DNA of 32,000 nucleotides, taken from contig NZ_CP045921.1 in assembly GCF_025273655.1 (NCBI RefSeq), positions 180,001 to 212,000 on the forward strand. Direction: 5' to 3'. Both the position numbers and the translations under genes were made by a program. The stretch comes from Candidatus Saccharimonadota bacterium. Its GTDB lineage: Bacteria; Patescibacteriota; Saccharimonadia; Saccharimonadales; Saccharimonadaceae. Below are positions 30,797 to 32,000 of this stretch, piece after piece (position 1 is the first letter of the stretch; each line of letters begins with the position of its first letter). A model generated the notes under the pieces. The model ran no database searches. It was not told the DNA's origin and was given only the letters and a program-made list of their open reading frames with translations.

Positions 30797-32000
30797 ATGG
30801 CTAAACAAAAAGCAGATGGCTCATATGATGGGTCACAGATTCAGGTACTAGAGGGCCTCGAACCGGTTCGTAAGCGTCCGGGTATGTATATTGGTAGCAC
30901 CGGCTACGATGGTGTGCATCATCTTATCAAAGAAATTGCCGATAACTCTATCGACGAGGCGATTGCCGGATTCGCGTCGCGTGTCGACGTACGTATTCTT
31001 GAAGATGGGGGTATTACTATTACTGATGACGGACGCGGTATTCCAGTGGATAAGCATGCCAAAACAGGGCTCAGTACTCTTGAAACCGTTCTGACTGTGC
31101 TGCACGCTGGCGGTAAGTTCGGCGGCGGCGGCTATAAAGTTTCTTCTGGTCTACACGGTGTAGGTTCGAGCGTAGTTAATGCGCTTTCGACCAAGCTTGT
31201 GGCGGAAGTAGTCCAGAACGGACAGCTCTATCAGATAGAATTTGCGCAGGGCGCAACTGTTCAGCCGCTCAAAAAAATGGGCAAGACCGATCGCCCAACT
31301 GGTACAACGGTGACGTTTTACCCGGATCCAACTATTTTTAAAGAGACCGTGACGTTCGACTATAAATGGGTAGTGAACTATCTGCGTCACCAGTCGTATC
31401 TCACGAAAGGTGTCTACACCTCCGTGTATGACGAGCGCACCAAAGAGCGACAGGCATTTTACTTCGAGGGTGGTATTCAGAGCTACGTGAAGCATCTCAA
31501 TATCGGTAAAGAAGTGGTGAGCGACAACGTCTTCTACGTCGAGAGGCAGGTAGAAGATTCCGGTGTCGAAGTGGCGGTGCAGTACAACGACAGCTTTGTC
31601 GAAACAGTGAAGCCATTTGCCAACAACGTGCTGACGCCAGATGGTGGCACGCACCTTGTCGGTTTTCGCGCAGCACTGACACGCGTGATCAATGAATATG
31701 CGCGAAAAAACAGCCTCCTCAAAGAAAAAGAAGAAAACCTGAGCGGTGATGATATCCGCGAGGGCCTGACGGCTATCATCCTTGTTAAGTTGCCAGATCC
31801 GCAGTTCGAAGGCCAGACCAAAAATAAGCTGGGAAATCCAGAGGTGCGTCGTTATGTCGAGCAGGTAATGAACGAATACTTCAGCTATTATCTGGAAGAA
31901 AATCCAGATGTTGCCAAGAAGATCGTCAACAAAGCGCTGCTTGCGGCTCGTGCGCGCAAGGCTGCTCGTGCGGCTCGTGACAACGTGCTGCGCAAAGGTG
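30797..32000 (+). CDS. gyrB: DNA gyrase subunit B, 5' part (runs off the right window edge; absent from the ORF track because no stop is reached)
   Basis: Hand translation MAKQKADGSYDGSQIQVLEGLEPVRKRPGMYIGST...GVHHLIKEIADNSIDEAIAG...; TATACT at 30746..30751 and GAGGGA SD. Confidence 0.95.
   Translation, partial: MAKQKADGSYDGSQIQVLEGLEPVRKRPGMYIGSTGYDGVHHLIKEIADNSIDEAIAGFASRVDVRILEDGGITITDDGRGIPVDKHAKTGLSTLETVLTVLHAGGKFGGGGYKVSSGLHGVGSSVVNALSTKLVAEVVQNGQLYQIEFAQGATVQPLKKMGKTDRPTGTTVTFYPDPTIFKETVTFDYKWVVNYLRHQSYLTKGVYTSVYDERTKERQAFYFEGGIQSYVKHLNIGKEVVSDNVFYVERQVEDSGVEVAVQYNDSFVETVKPFANNVLTPDGGTHLVGFRAALTRVINEYARKNSLLKEKEENLSGDDIREGLTAIILVKLPDPQFEGQTKNKLGNPEVRRYVEQVMNEYFSYYLEENPDVAKKIVNKALLAARARKAARAARDNVLRKG

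Noticed and set aside
30848-31821. Minus-strand ORFs 30848..31105, 31151..31654, 31497..31682 and 31534..31821
   Set aside because: All are antisense shadows of the open-ended gyrB reading frame (30797 to the window end), which has unmistakable GyrB motifs.
1-32000. CRISPR arrays, rRNA genes, transposases, IS ends and prophage genes
   Set aside because: None were seen. There are no regularly spaced direct repeats and no transposase, integrase or phage-structural motifs other than the Xer-type recombinase.

Overview
This 32-kb window is about 50% GC, densely packed, and mostly housekeeping genes from what looks like a small-genome bacterium. Gene content and protein style resemble Patescibacteria/Saccharibacteria, but that placement is inference only.

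Recognised protein genes: a Xer-type tyrosine recombinase, ndk, two NT5C-like HAD nucleotidases, a bPH-domain membrane protein, a SurA/PpiD-like chaperone, sodA, a large cohesin-like surface protein, a processive GT2 synthase, an nrdR-like regulator, a DUF4342-like protein, and a KstD-like flavoprotein gene interrupted by one in-frame TAG. Also thrS, an ATL (PWHR) protein, miaA, a wHTH protein, an MBL-fold protein, rpmB, an M50 protease, a Nudix-RNase HI fusion, infC (ATT start)-rpmI-rplT, comM, a small CCA-adding-like nucleotidyltransferase, and the 5' part of gyrB. The gyrB ORF is open-ended and absent from the ORF track.

RNA genes and elements: rnpB, ssrA (tmRNA), a T-box leader upstream of thrS, and five tRNAs (Arg-CCT, Asp-GTC, Thr-CGT, Val-GAC, Pro-GGG), all with an encoded CCA.

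No rRNA, CRISPR array, transposase or phage-type integrase is visible.

Most interesting observations:
1. At 25.2-30.6 kb there is a cluster built around an orphan membrane-anchored 985-aa FtsK/HerA/VirD4-type ATPase. It includes small membrane and proline-rich partners and a convergent DUF11 surface-protein pair, with no canonical type IV secretion partners in the window.
2. That cluster is preceded by a roughly 600-bp AT-rich non-coding region with a consensus promoter and a 115-nt extended hairpin.
3. A complete promoter-ORF-terminator unit for a 38-aa peptide is missing from the track.
4. A structured RNA candidate lies upstream of tRNA-Pro.
5. Seven genes have a -10 box 6-7 nt upstream of the ATG and no Shine-Dalgarno sequence, suggesting leaderless expression.

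All function calls come from motif recognition by eye; no database search was run.
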